From Ascoidea asiatica JCM 7603 (Eukaryota; Fungi; Ascomycota), in contig BCKQ01000007.1 of the NCBI GenBank assembly GCA_001600695.1, positions 190,613 through 254,612 on the forward strand: 64,000 bases of DNA, read 5' to 3'. Below are positions 13,419-24,469 of the stretch, piece after piece. The notes under the pieces are model-generated. The model saw only the letters and a program-made list of their open reading frames with translations. It was not told the DNA's origin and searched no databases. The stretch's first letter is position 1; every line of letters starts with the position of its first letter. A program made the position numbers and the translations under genes.

Positions 13419-14117
13419 TATTATTGACATTAAATTTATTGAAGATTGTAATAATAAATTTGCAGGTCTTATTAAACCAACCATTTTAGTTAAATGTTTT
13501 AATTTTTTATTTGAATTAATAGAAATTGAAGAATTAGATTTTTTATTTATAAAATTTATAAAAAAAGATAATTTTTTAAATCTTGATTCTAAATAAAACC
13601 AAAATTTATAATTAAAATTTATTGAATTTGAAATTAAAATATTTTGAATTAAAATAAAAGATAAATCATAAGAAGCATTTTGAGATATATTTATAAGATA
13701 TAAAGATAAATCTAAAAGTATTGAATAATAATTTAAATTATCATTTAATAATAATTTTTCATTAGAAATATTTAAATCTATAAAAGGTAAGTTATTATTA
13801 TTATTATTATTATTATTGTTATTATGAGAAGAGATATAATTTAAAAGGTTATTAACAAATAAGAATTCTAAGATTAATTTAATTAATTCCTTATCTAAGT
13901 TTTCATTTATTAAAGGATCTATTAATTTATTATAATTTTTTTTAAATATATCATTATTTATTGGATTTTTTATTAATGGTAAATTTATATTATTATTATT
14001 ATTATTATTATTTAATAATTCATTTGAAATTGATTGAATTAAGTCATTTAAAATTGGAGATAAAGACTTCACATATTTCTCAACGATCTTTGGTTTATCA
14101 TAACTAGAACTCATCAT
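11439..14117 (-). CDS. HPR1: THO complex subunit Hpr1/THOC1-like
   Basis: THOC1-type blocks KFWFYLESR, FIGRIKLYLS, LGNLKLTKLW and WKDLRNSR within an Asn-rich 892-aa ORF. Confidence 0.72.
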
Positions 14118-14496
14118 TGAAGATCATCAATCGATTACTTCTTACTTCTTACTTATTTGATTACTTATTTGATTATCTATTCAAATATATATATATATCT
14201 ATCTATATCTATATCTATATCTATTCATTTATTCATTTATTTACTTATTTATTTATTTATTTCACTTCTTTCAATTCAAATTTATTTCTTCAAATAAACG
14301 AAAAAGCAAACAAAGCACGGGACTTCCTCGGTGTGTTCCCAAAAGGGGAATTTCTCAGTCGGACAGCCCCTTTCCGACCTCCTCTATTATTTCATATTAT
14401 ATTATATTATTATATTATATTATTATATTATTATATTATATTATATTATATTACTCTATATTATATTGAAGTGTATGATATTAATGAAGTATGATA

Positions 14497-15105
14497 TTAT
14501 TGGGATTTAATTGGATCATTTGATAGACAATATTTAATTAATTTATAAAAACTATCTCTGTCAGTTGGATTATGAATCCAGATACCATAAATATCATCTA
14601 ACCAATTTTTTATAATTAATAATGAATCTTGTTTCTCAAATTCATATTTATTACCTTTATAAATATTTGGATATTTATTAATTAAAATATTTGGAATTAA
14701 ACCAATTGAGAAATTTTTTGGATTAATTCTATTTAAAATTATTAAACCATAAACATAATGATCATTTAATTCCATTTCATTTAAATTACTTAAATTATTT
14801 AAATTATTTAAATTATTTAAATTATCTTTATCATAATCTCTTAAATATAAAGCTAAAGGACCAGAAATATCTAATTTTTCCCAACTTGAATCAATTTCAT
14901 TATATTTATATAATATTGATTGATAAGTTTGAAATAGAATATGTTTAATTTTTGGATCATATTTTCCAATAACATTAAAATTTATTATATTTTTATAAAA
15001 TTCCAATGACATTTCTTTATTTTTATCTTCTTCTATATTTATGTTATCATCATTAGTGTTATTATTATTATTTTCATCTTGATTTATATAGGATATTGAA
15101 GACAT
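14497..15105 (-). CDS. DCP1: mRNA decapping co-activator Dcp1
   Basis: NFNVIGKYDPKIKHILF, YGLIILNRINPKNFSI and DIYGIWIH match the Dcp1 EVH1 domain. Confidence 0.93.
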   Translation of the reverse strand: MSSISYINQDENNNNNTNDDNINIEEDKNKEMSLEFYKNIINFNVIGKYDPKIKHILFQTYQSILYKYNEIDSSWEKLDISGPLALYLRDYDKDNLNNLNNLNNLSNLNEMELNDHYVYGLIILNRINPKNFSIGLIPNILINKYPNIYKGNKYEFEKQDSLLIIKNWLDDIYGIWIHNPTDRDSFYKLIKYCLSNDPIKSQ

Positions 15106-15224
15106 ATTTATATTAGTATAATTATGTTATTTGAGGAAATTAAAATTATAGTATAAAGATAAAGATAAAGATAAAGATAATATTGTTTTATTGAGTATTT
15201 AAACTTGAATCTCCATTTCTTAAC

Positions 15225-15350
15225 AGTGGTTAGTGGTTAGTGGTGGTGGTGGTATTTGATTTATTATCTTTTACGTCGGCACCAGAAGTGTGGTAGTTGT
15301 GCCGGAACTCACTGAACCGACCACGGTCATGTGACGTGTTTTTGAATTCC
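15225..15350. promoter_or_regulatory. Bidirectional GC-rich promoter core shared by DCP1 and MPE1
   Basis: 380-bp divergent intergenic gap with a GC-rich core. GTCATGTGAC at 15326-15335; (ATCA)n run at about 15420-15465. Confidence 0.6.
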
Positions 15351-15416
15351 TGGAGAAAGAAAATGATAAACAATAAAAAAAGCTATTGATAATAAATAAT
15401 GGATAATAAATAATTA

Positions 15417-15467
<51 letters not shown>

Positions 15468-15485
15468 TAATCTATCATTGTTATA

Positions 15486-16019
15486 ATGCCTTCAATAATA
15501 TATTATAGATTCAAGTCTCAAAATAAAGAATCAAGATTGAATTTTGATGGAACTGGAATATCTGTATTTGATTTAAAAAGAGAAATAATAAATTTAAATA
15601 AATTAGGTAATGGATTAGATTTTATTTTAAAATTATATAATAAAGATACAAATGAAGAATATATTGATGATTCTGAAATAATTCAAAGATCTTCAAGTGT
15701 AATTGTAAGACGTAGTCCTGCCATAAGACATGGAAAATTTAATGCTTCAAGATATGTAACTGGTAAACCAAGAATCTTAAGACATACTCCTCAAAATAAT
15801 ATTAATATAAATAGTAATAATAATAATAACAGTAACAGTAACAATATCATTAATCAAAATAATTTTAATCAAAGTTCTTTGAATAATAATTCAAATATTC
15901 AATCTGAAGAAGATAGAATTAAAGCTATGTTTCAAAATCAAGATAATGCTTGGCAAATGCAACAACAAGAATTATCTGAAAAAAAACCAATATTCTTTAA
16001 TAAAAATCAATTACCATCA

Positions 16020-16055
<36 letters not shown>

Positions 16056-16607
16056 TCAACTTTAAATGGTTCTAATTCTCAAGATCCTCCTCCTGCAGGT
16101 TATATATGTTATAGATGTGGTTCAAGTGATCATTTTATAAAAAATTGTCCAACTAATAATGATCCAAATTTTGAAGTTAAAAGAATTAAAAGAACTACAG
16201 GTATACCTAAATCTTATTTAAAAACTGTTGAAAAACCACCATTAGAAGAAGGTGGTAGTTATATGATTACTGATGATGGAAAATTTGTAATTGCAGAAGC
16301 TGATAAAAAATCTTGGGAAATTTATCAAAAAAAACAAGAAGATTTATTAAATTTACAAATTAATAATATTAATGATAAATCTTTAATTGATCCATTATCA
16401 AATAAATTATTTAAAAATCCAGTTAAATTACCATGTTGTTTAAAAACTTATTCATTAAATTTAATTGAAGAAAATTTATTAAATAATGATTTTATTTGTC
16501 CAAATTGTTTAAAACAAGATATTTTCTTAGATCAATTAAAACCAGATATTCAAATGGAATTAAAAATTAATAATTATTTAAATGATTTAAAAAATAATAC
16601 TCTTGAT

Positions 16608-16676
<69 letters not shown>

Positions 16677-17183
16677 TCTACTAAAAATAATAATCAACTA
16701 AGTAATCAAATGAATAATCAAATTCAAAGTCAAAATCAAATTTTAAGTAATATAAATAATAATATATCTAATATGAATTATAATGCTATGAATAATAATA
16801 ATAATACTAATAATAATGAAAATAATAATAATAGTTTACTTCATAAAAGAGATGAAAATAATTCAGTTAATGTAAAAAGAGCAAAAATTTCATTACCTTC
16901 TAAACCACAATCAATTCCTTCTATACCTCAAATGTCATCATTACCAATGAATTTAAATAATATGAATAATATGAACAATTTAAATAATTTAAATAATATG
17001 AATAATATGAATAACATGAATATGAATATTCCAAATATGTCAGGTTTACCAAATCTTCCTCCAATTCCAAATTTACCAAACTTACCAAATTTACCAAATA
17101 TGTCAAATATGTCAAATTTACCAAATTTAAATAATAATAATCAAAATTTTTTCTCATTCAATCCTTCATTTAATAATCAATGA
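15486..17183 (+). CDS. MPE1: Cleavage/polyadenylation factor subunit Mpe1 (DWNN, zinc knuckle, RING-like)
   Basis: N-terminal IYYRFKS...FDGTGISVFDLKREII ubiquitin-like DWNN domain, CYRCGSSDHFIKNCP knuckle, KRTTGIPKS, and a PCC...CPNC RING/U-box-like region. Confidence 0.95.
16611..16676 (+). repeat. (AAT)22 coding microsatellite (poly-Asn) in MPE1
   Basis: Uninterrupted AAT run; one of many such runs in the window. Confidence 0.9.
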
Positions 17184-17664
17184 TTCAATATTCTTATATT
17201 TTTAATGAATATATACTGTATATATGTAACATAATTCAAATGAAATATCAAAATCAAAATGACAATCATAACAATTAATATAGTACAATACTTAACTTTT
17301 TGAATTGAAATATTAGACTATTTTTTTATGCAATTCAAAATAATATATGGGTAATTTTTACTAAAAAGGACATTATTAAAAGGCTACAAGAGGAATTTAA
17401 GAAAAAAGAAAGACTAATTTATATAATATGGCATTTCTTGAATAGAAAATACCTAAAGTTCTATTGATTTCTATAGTTCTATAAAAGTTTAATTACAAAT
17501 TAATGTATACCTTGGTGACTAATACATTGTTCCTGAAAGTCTTGAAACCTTTCAAGAATACCAAAATAATAAATAACATCTAACTTATGGCTCTGTCCTA
17601 AACATCTATCTAATGATGAAATCTAAAAGCTTTTTAGATCTTCATTTTTCATATGTTTGTAGAA

Positions 17665-20600
17665 TTAATGAAAAAGACTTTGATTATTATTTAATTCAAA
17701 ATTGTTTAAAATGTCATTAATATATTCATCATTATTTTTGATTGTAGCAGAGGTTATTCTATTCATCATTATACCACTTCCATTTCCATTACTATTTTCA
17801 TTGTTATTTACATTGTTATTTCCATTGTTACCTCCATTATTGTTTCTAATACTGTTCCCATTTCCATTATAACGACCATTATGATTACTATCATTGGAAT
17901 AATCAATACTCATCTGAACAGTATTTGGATTATTCATATTTTGATTTTTGAAATTATTTATATTACTTAAATCACTCATACTATTTGAAGTACTCATATT
18001 GAAATTATTCATATTACTAATATTTGGCATACTATTAATTGGATTAATATTATTTAAATTATTCAAATTATTCATACTAATACTATTTCTTCTATTACCA
18101 TTATTAATACAATTTTGATTTTTATTACTTGTATTCACATTCATATTCATATTCATGTTTTTATTATTAATATTATTATTATTTACACTATTATTACCAC
18201 TGTTATTATTGTTACTATTAGAACATGAATTTGTAGCATTTATAAATTGACCATTCATATTCATGATTAAATCATAGTTATAATTATAAGTATTATTGAG
18301 TGGATTAAAATACAAATTATTGTTATTATCATTACCAAAACTATTATTACCTAAATTAAATAATGTATCATTAGCAGTTTGAAAAAATGAATCAATCATA
18401 TCATGATCTAATGTTAATTCACTATCAATATTATCGAAAATTCCATTTATTCCACCATTATTACCATTACTATTACTACTATTGTTATTGGTATCATTAT
18501 TAGATTGAATAGAATTACTATTTCTCATACTTATTCCACCATTATTATTCATACTCACATTATTCATATTCATATTATTCATACCCATAGCATTCATACT
18601 TATATTATTCATACTCATATTATTCACTCTATTCATAATATTTATATCATTCATTGTATTACTACTCCTTCCATTTTTAATATTTACATCAGTCAAATTT
18701 GTATTAGATATGCTAGTATTGATATTCTTACTATTAAAATTACTACTTTCTTTATTAGATTGATTATTATGATCATTTGAAATTATATATTGTCCATCAT
18801 TTTCATTGAATTTTTTCGAATAATTTCTGTTTTTATCATTATTTCCTTGAGAAAATCTATTATTATTCTGTTCATAAAAAATACTATCCTTATTACTATT
18901 AGTACTGATGTTATTGGTATTAGTATTGTTATTGAAATTATTAGTATCGGTATTTCTAACAATGTTATTGTTGTTATTTCTGACAACATCATTATCTCTG
19001 ATAGAATTCAAATTATTTATATTAAAATTACTGTCATCATTTTTAGATGAAATGACTTTCTTATTATTGACTTTTTGAGTATTTATTTGATTACTCGTTT
19101 TATCATTAGGTTTGATATAAATTGGAATATTTCTTCTAGAAAATTGTTGGTCTTTTGATTGTATAGGTTGAGGGGTATTATATATATTTTTATTCAAATT
19201 TGAATTGATCTTAGACAATATTGGTTTGATATTATTATCGTTATTTTTATAATTGGAAGAATGTATGATTTCAGGACTGTTTCCTTTAATTCCTTGCGAA
19301 GCTTTATTAGTGGGTAAAATGCTATCATTTTGAATATTTTGACAAGAAATATCTATTTTCTTATCAAGGATTGGTTCAAATTTCTCATCAATATCATGAA
19401 TTTGGGAATGAATTGTATGTTCATGATTTGGTTCACTATCACTTAATTCATATTCTTCATTTATATTATCAGATCCATTCTTAGTAAAGCTGGAATCATT
19501 TTCATAATATCCTAAATCATTTTCTGTTATTTTGGTATTATATCCATTATTAACTTCAACTGAATCTTCATCAGTAGAATCTTCAATCAGACTATGATGA
19601 TCTTTATTAATAATTTCTTTTTGTAATTTGAGTTTTTTAGAATCATGTCCTTTATCAGAATCCAGTTCATAACCACGTTTATGATGAAGGTCATGATTAT
19701 CAAGAAATGTTAAAGAAAATTTAACTTTTCCATTATTAGCTTTTTTTAATTTTTCATCTTTTTTTAAATTTTTATCTAATAATGAAACCAATCCAACTTC
19801 TTTTAATAAACTTTCACTAACTTCATACATTTTTCTCATAGATCCATCAATTTTAAATAAATTATTTTTCATTGCTTTTCTAATTTTATTTATTGATTTT
19901 AAAATAAATATTTTATCAATTTTAATTCCTTCAATTAAAAAATCTAAATCTGAATTTTTACATTTTTTTCCAATTTCTAAATTACTTTCACTTTTTTTAG
20001 ATTTATTTTTTTTTTTTGTATCATTTGATTTATTTGGTGATAAATAAATAAAAAATGGAATTAAAGCCATAATTGCACAATATCCATAAAATACATCTAA
20101 ATATAATGTTCCATCAACTTGTTCCATAATATTTAAAGTATCTAATAATTCACATACCATTATTGCAGATTTTAAAGCACTATTTATTATTAAAGTAACA
20201 GATTCATCAAATTCTTTTAAAGTTATTGATCTTGATACAGTCATATGAACAAGATATAAAACAAAAGGTAAAGTTAAATTTATAACATAAGAATGAAATT
20301 GCATATGTAATTTAATTTTATATCTTATATTTATCATTACTCTTTCAGCATCTTCATGATTAGTATTAATTCTACCTTCTAATTCATCTAAAATTGATTT
20401 AAGATCAAGATTTTTTGAACTTAAACCTTTTAAAAATTTTTGTAAAGTTTGTCTAATTTCTAAAGTTTTTTCAACATTTGATAAAGATAATGGAGAATGA
20501 TTTAAAGAATCAGTTGATTTTACAGAAGCTCCATTATATAATAATTTTCTAAAATCTAAAATTGAAGATAAAATTCTTGATAATTTTACACTTTCAATAA

Positions 20601-22737
20601 AATAATCAACAAAATTTTGACTGACACCTAATAAAGAAGCATTTGAAGGATAATCAACATTAATTTCTTCTTCATTTATTGTTGAAGGTCTACCAAAAGT
20701 TGTACATAAAATCATTTCATATTTATAAACAGTCCACCATAATTGTTTTCTAACAGTTATTGCTTTTTTTGAAGGTAAACTATCAACACCAGATTTTCTA
20801 TGAAGTCCAAGTGATAAAGCTTGTCTACAAGCTAAACCAATTAAAATCCAAGATGAATCTCTATTTTTTATTGAATATAAATAAACAGAAAATAAATATA
20901 ATAATCTTACACCAATTATTGTTGGAGTTAAAACTATATCAGGTAAAGATAATTTAATTATTGTAATATATCTATTAACTAAATCATCATTTAATTTACC
21001 ATTTGGAAATTTAGAAAATCTTAAACCTAATAACCAAACAAGATATATACAACATATCCAACCAGTTGATAATCTTGTTTTAAATTTTTTAAAATTTTTT
21101 GAAGTATAAAATTTTTTAAAAATTTCTGGTGGATCAATTTTATTTTCAATACAATAAAAATAATAATCTTCTTTATTACATTCATTAATTTCATTCCAAA
21201 ATTGTAAATATCTTTCTTGAAATATTGGTTTACAAAATGCAAAATAATATGGATGAATTTTTTCAAAAAAAATTTTTACATAAAAATCAGCTTCATCTTT
21301 ATCTAAAACATTAATTAATGGAAATCTATCAGAATCAAATTTTATATTTTTTGAATTTAATTGAGGTAATTTAAATTTATTTACACCAATTTTTGAAGAA
21401 TATGAATTTAAATTATTTATATAATATTCTTCAAAATTTATATTAAATTTATTTGAATTTTGAATATTTTTATTATTATATTTAATATTATTTGTTTGAG
21501 AAATATGATTAATTAAATTATTTTCACATTTAACAGTTTTAAATTTTGAATTTATTGATAATCTTGATTTATTTGATCTTTTTAAAATTAAATTACATAA
21601 ACCATTTAATAAAGCTGGAGTACCTGCAGAACCAATATAATGAGGTCTACCTTGAACATCATAAACTAATCTTTCTAAACCATAATCTTCATTATTATTG
21701 GTGTTATTGGTGTTATTGGATGTATTGGTTGTATTGGTTGTATTGGTGGTAGATTTATTTTGAATTAAATTTATATGATTAATATCAGTTATTGGAATAA
21801 TTGAATTTTTATTAACATTATCAGATTCTAATATTGGTTTAATAATATTTGGTAAATTTGAATTATTAATTTGATTATTAATTTGATTATTAATTTGATT
21901 ATTAATTTGATTATTAATTTCATTATTATTTTGAAAGTTATTATGATGAATTAAATTAATATTTAAATTTGGATTAAGATCACCACCAATAACTTTAACT
22001 TTATTAAATAAATTAGTTTTAATATTATTATTTTTTACAACTTCAAATAATTTATTACTTAATAAGTTTATTGTATTTTGATCATTTTTCATTTTCTTTT
22101 TCATTTTCATTTTCATTTTCATTTTCATTTTCTTATTATCTTGTATATTATCTTCATCTTGATGATCATTATCAAATGGAATTTCAGGCATTTTAAAATT
22201 AAGAGAAATTCCAAGATTAATTAATTGATTAATATTATTAATATCAATTTTTGGATATAAACCATTAATTAAACAAATTAAAACTTCATAATGTAAACCA
22301 AGATTATTAATATTACCATAAACTCTTCTTTTTCTTGGTAAATTAGTTATACAATTTATTTCATTTATTTCATTTATATCAACGATATTAGGGCCATTAG
22401 GGCCATTAGGGCCATTAGGGCCATTAGGGCCATTAGCGCCATTAGTATTATTACCTTGATTATTATTATTAAATTTAATACAATTTATACATGGAGTTTT
22501 TATATCATAAGATATTTCATTTGTATTTAAAATTGAATTATATGAATATCTTATACATTTTATTTTTTTTTTTTTACATCTATCACAACTAAATATTGCT
22601 CTTTTTCTTTTTTCATTTGGAATTCCAGTATATGTTTTTCTTTTTAATTTATTATTAATATTTTCATTATTTGATATATTATTTGATATATTATTTGATA
22701 TATTATTTGATATATTATTTGATATGATTTTTTCCAT
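17665..22737 (-). CDS. Zn(II)2Cys6 transcription factor with a fungal TF middle-homology domain (possibly Fgr27-like)
   Basis: RKRAIFSCDRCKKKKIKC...PCINC...C cluster, HYIGSAG, FFEKIHPYY and SWILIGLACRQALSLGLHR...RKQLWW...FGRP motifs, plus a long Asn/Met-rich C-terminus. Confidence 0.9.
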   Translation of the reverse strand: MEKIISNNISNNISNNISNNISNNENINNKLKRKTYTGIPNEKRKRAIFSCDRCKKKKIKCIRYSYNSILNTNEISYDIKTPCINCIKFNNNNQGNNTNGANGPNGPNGPNGPNGPNIVDINEINEINCITNLPRKRRVYGNINNLGLHYEVLICLINGLYPKIDINNINQLINLGISLNFKMPEIPFDNDHQDEDNIQDNKKMKMKMKMKMKKKMKNDQNTINLLSNKLFEVVKNNNIKTNLFNKVKVIGGDLNPNLNINLIHHNNFQNNNEINNQINNQINNQINNQINNSNLPNIIKPILESDNVNKNSIIPITDINHINLIQNKSTTNTTNTTNTSNNTNNTNNNEDYGLERLVYDVQGRPHYIGSAGTPALLNGLCNLILKRSNKSRLSINSKFKTVKCENNLINHISQTNNIKYNNKNIQNSNKFNINFEEYYINNLNSYSSKIGVNKFKLPQLNSKNIKFDSDRFPLINVLDKDEADFYVKIFFEKIHPYYFAFCKPIFQERYLQFWNEINECNKEDYYFYCIENKIDPPEIFKKFYTSKNFKKFKTRLSTGWICCIYLVWLLGLRFSKFPNGKLNDDLVNRYITIIKLSLPDIVLTPTIIGVRLLYLFSVYLYSIKNRDSSWILIGLACRQALSLGLHRKSGVDSLPSKKAITVRKQLWWTVYKYEMILCTTFGRPSTINEEEINVDYPSNASLLGVSQNFVDYFIESVKLSRILSSILDFRKLLYNGASVKSTDSLNHSPLSLSNVEKTLEIRQTLQKFLKGLSSKNLDLKSILDELEGRINTNHEDAERVMINIRYKIKLHMQFHSYVINLTLPFVLYLVHMTVSRSITLKEFDESVTLIINSALKSAIMVCELLDTLNIMEQVDGTLYLDVFYGYCAIMALIPFFIYLSPNKSNDTKKKNKSKKSESNLEIGKKCKNSDLDFLIEGIKIDKIFILKSINKIRKAMKNNLFKIDGSMRKMYEVSESLLKEVGLVSLLDKNLKKDEKLKKANNGKVKFSLTFLDNHDLHHKRGYELDSDKGHDSKKLKLQKEIINKDHHSLIEDSTDEDSVEVNNGYNTKITENDLGYYENDSSFTKNGSDNINEEYELSDSEPNHEHTIHSQIHDIDEKFEPILDKKIDISCQNIQNDSILPTNKASQGIKGNSPEIIHSSNYKNNDNNIKPILSKINSNLNKNIYNTPQPIQSKDQQFSRRNIPIYIKPNDKTSNQINTQKVNNKKVISSKNDDSNFNINNLNSIRDNDVVRNNNNNIVRNTDTNNFNNNTNTNNISTNSNKDSIFYEQNNNRFSQGNNDKNRNYSKKFNENDGQYIISNDHNNQSNKESSNFNSKNINTSISNTNLTDVNIKNGRSSNTMNDINIMNRVNNMSMNNISMNAMGMNNMNMNNVSMNNNGGISMRNSNSIQSNNDTNNNSSNSNGNNGGINGIFDNIDSELTLDHDMIDSFFQTANDTLFNLGNNSFGNDNNNNLYFNPLNNTYNYNYDLIMNMNGQFINATNSCSNSNNNNSGNNSVNNNNINNKNMNMNMNVNTSNKNQNCINNGNRRNSISMNNLNNLNNINPINSMPNISNMNNFNMSTSNSMSDLSNINNFKNQNMNNPNTVQMSIDYSNDSNHNGRYNGNGNSIRNNNGGNNGNNNVNNNENSNGNGSGIMMNRITSATIKNNDEYINDILNNFELNNNQSLFH
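22388..22445 (+). repeat. (TTAGGGCCA)5 plus one variant copy; encodes (NGP)n on the minus strand
   Basis: TTAGGG starts at 22388, 22397, 22406, 22415 and 22424; TTAGCG at 22433. Confidence 0.95.
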
Positions 22738-23318
22738 TGTTTGTTTATTATATAGATATGAATATGGATATATTTAATTAAATTCCGAGATGGAATAGAT
22801 AATAATAAAAGATATTGAGAGTGGATTGAGAGGGTATAAAGTGATTGAATATTATTATTTCATATTATATGATATATGATATATTATATGATATATTATA
22901 TTATATTATATTGTATTGTATTATATTGTATTATATTATATATTATATTGTTTATTGTTGTTTTATAGTAAATGTCTATTGATTATAAATATAATAGATT
23001 AATACAATAGACAAAGATAAAGGATTAAGATATATGAATATGAATGTGAGTAAATGAGTAACCGAGTAAAATGATCAAATGATCAAATGACCTTTGCTGG
23101 CTGGAAAGGGTAATATGTGGCGGTGCAGTGCACTTTCCTTTAAATCCACTTCTCTGGCTCCAGTCACGGGAAATGATCAACACTCAAATGGCTTGGCTTG
23201 GCTTGTATTTGCAATTGACTGATTCATATTACTCATATTCTTATTGATATTCTTCTTATTCTTCTTGTTCATCAGTAATTACTTCAATACTACACTACTG
23301 CAATACTGCAATACTACA

Positions 23319-23882
23319 ATGATTCCTATTAGAACACTGGCATCTATCTCAAAGTATCCAAACTTACTCAATTCAATATCTAAATCAATTTCAAGATTAT
23401 CTTATTCATCCATACAAAACTCAATTCACTCAAATTATTCAATCACCAATATAAATAAAATAAATAAAATAAATTCAATAAATTTAAAAAAAAATTATTC
23501 AATAACTACAAATGGTAATGAAATTCCAGATGAAATTGAAAAATTATCAATAAATCAATATAATAAAATTTCAAATAATTATCTTGATTTATTACTTGAA
23601 GAAATTGAAAAAATTTCTGATAATTTAATTTTTATAGATATTGATTATTCAGATGGTGTAATGAATTTTGAATTACCAAAATTTGGTAATTATGTTATAA
23701 ATAAACAACCTCCAAATAAACAAATTTGGTTATCTTCTCCAATCTCTGGTCCAAATAGATTCGATTATTATAATTCAAAATGGATCTCATTAAGAAATGG
23801 TAATATTTTAGGTGATATTTTAAGAAATGAATTTTCTAAAGCTTTAAATACTAATATTCAATTTCCTGGTATTGATGATTAA
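23319..23882 (+). CDS. YFH1: Mitochondrial frataxin
   Basis: DIDYSDGVM, YVINKQPPNKQIWLSSPISGPNRFD signature. The first ATG at 23319 begins a basic Ser-rich presequence; the track start at 23244 is a TTG. Confidence 0.96.
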   Translation: MIPIRTLASISKYPNLLNSISKSISRLSYSSIQNSIHSNYSITNINKINKINSINLKKNYSITTNGNEIPDEIEKLSINQYNKISNNYLDLLLEEIEKISDNLIFIDIDYSDGVMNFELPKFGNYVINKQPPNKQIWLSSPISGPNRFDYYNSKWISLRNGNILGDILRNEFSKALNTNIQFPGIDD

Positions 23883-24174
23883 TTTCTTTCTTTCTTTCTT
23901 TCTTTCTCTCTTTCTTTCTCTCTTTTCTTATTCTATTCATAATATGAATATAAATATAAATATAAATCTTTCTTGTAAATAAATTAAACTAAAATAAATC
24001 CGCATACCTTTTTTGAAATTTCCGTGTTCTGCCGTGTGTTTACACCCGGAAAGATACTTCCGATACAATCCGCGTAAATCCGAAATGTTTCCGTATTACG
24101 TAACTTTTTTTTTAAATTTTTGTTTGTTTTCAAAAAACCACTAAAAATAAAATAGAATAAAATAAATAAAGAAA

Positions 24175-24205
<31 letters not shown>

Positions 24206-24469
24206 ATATTAAAAGTCTGAGGATTAATCATTTGAATTCATTCAATATTGATTATTAAAACTATCTTAAAGTATCTTAAAAGTATCTTAAAAGTATCTTA
24301 AAAGTATCTTAAAAGTATCTTCTCAACTTATATTCAAAACAAAACAATGGAATATATATATATTAAATCTTAAACAATATATCTCATATTCATTATTAAC
24401 ATATCTATTAACATATCTATTAACATATCTATTAACTTTATATATATATATATATATATTAATAAGTAA

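Noticed and set aside
23244-23318. Hydrophobic N-terminal extension of frataxin
   Set aside because: Begins at TTG in T-rich leader sequence; the ATG at 23319 gives a normal presequence.
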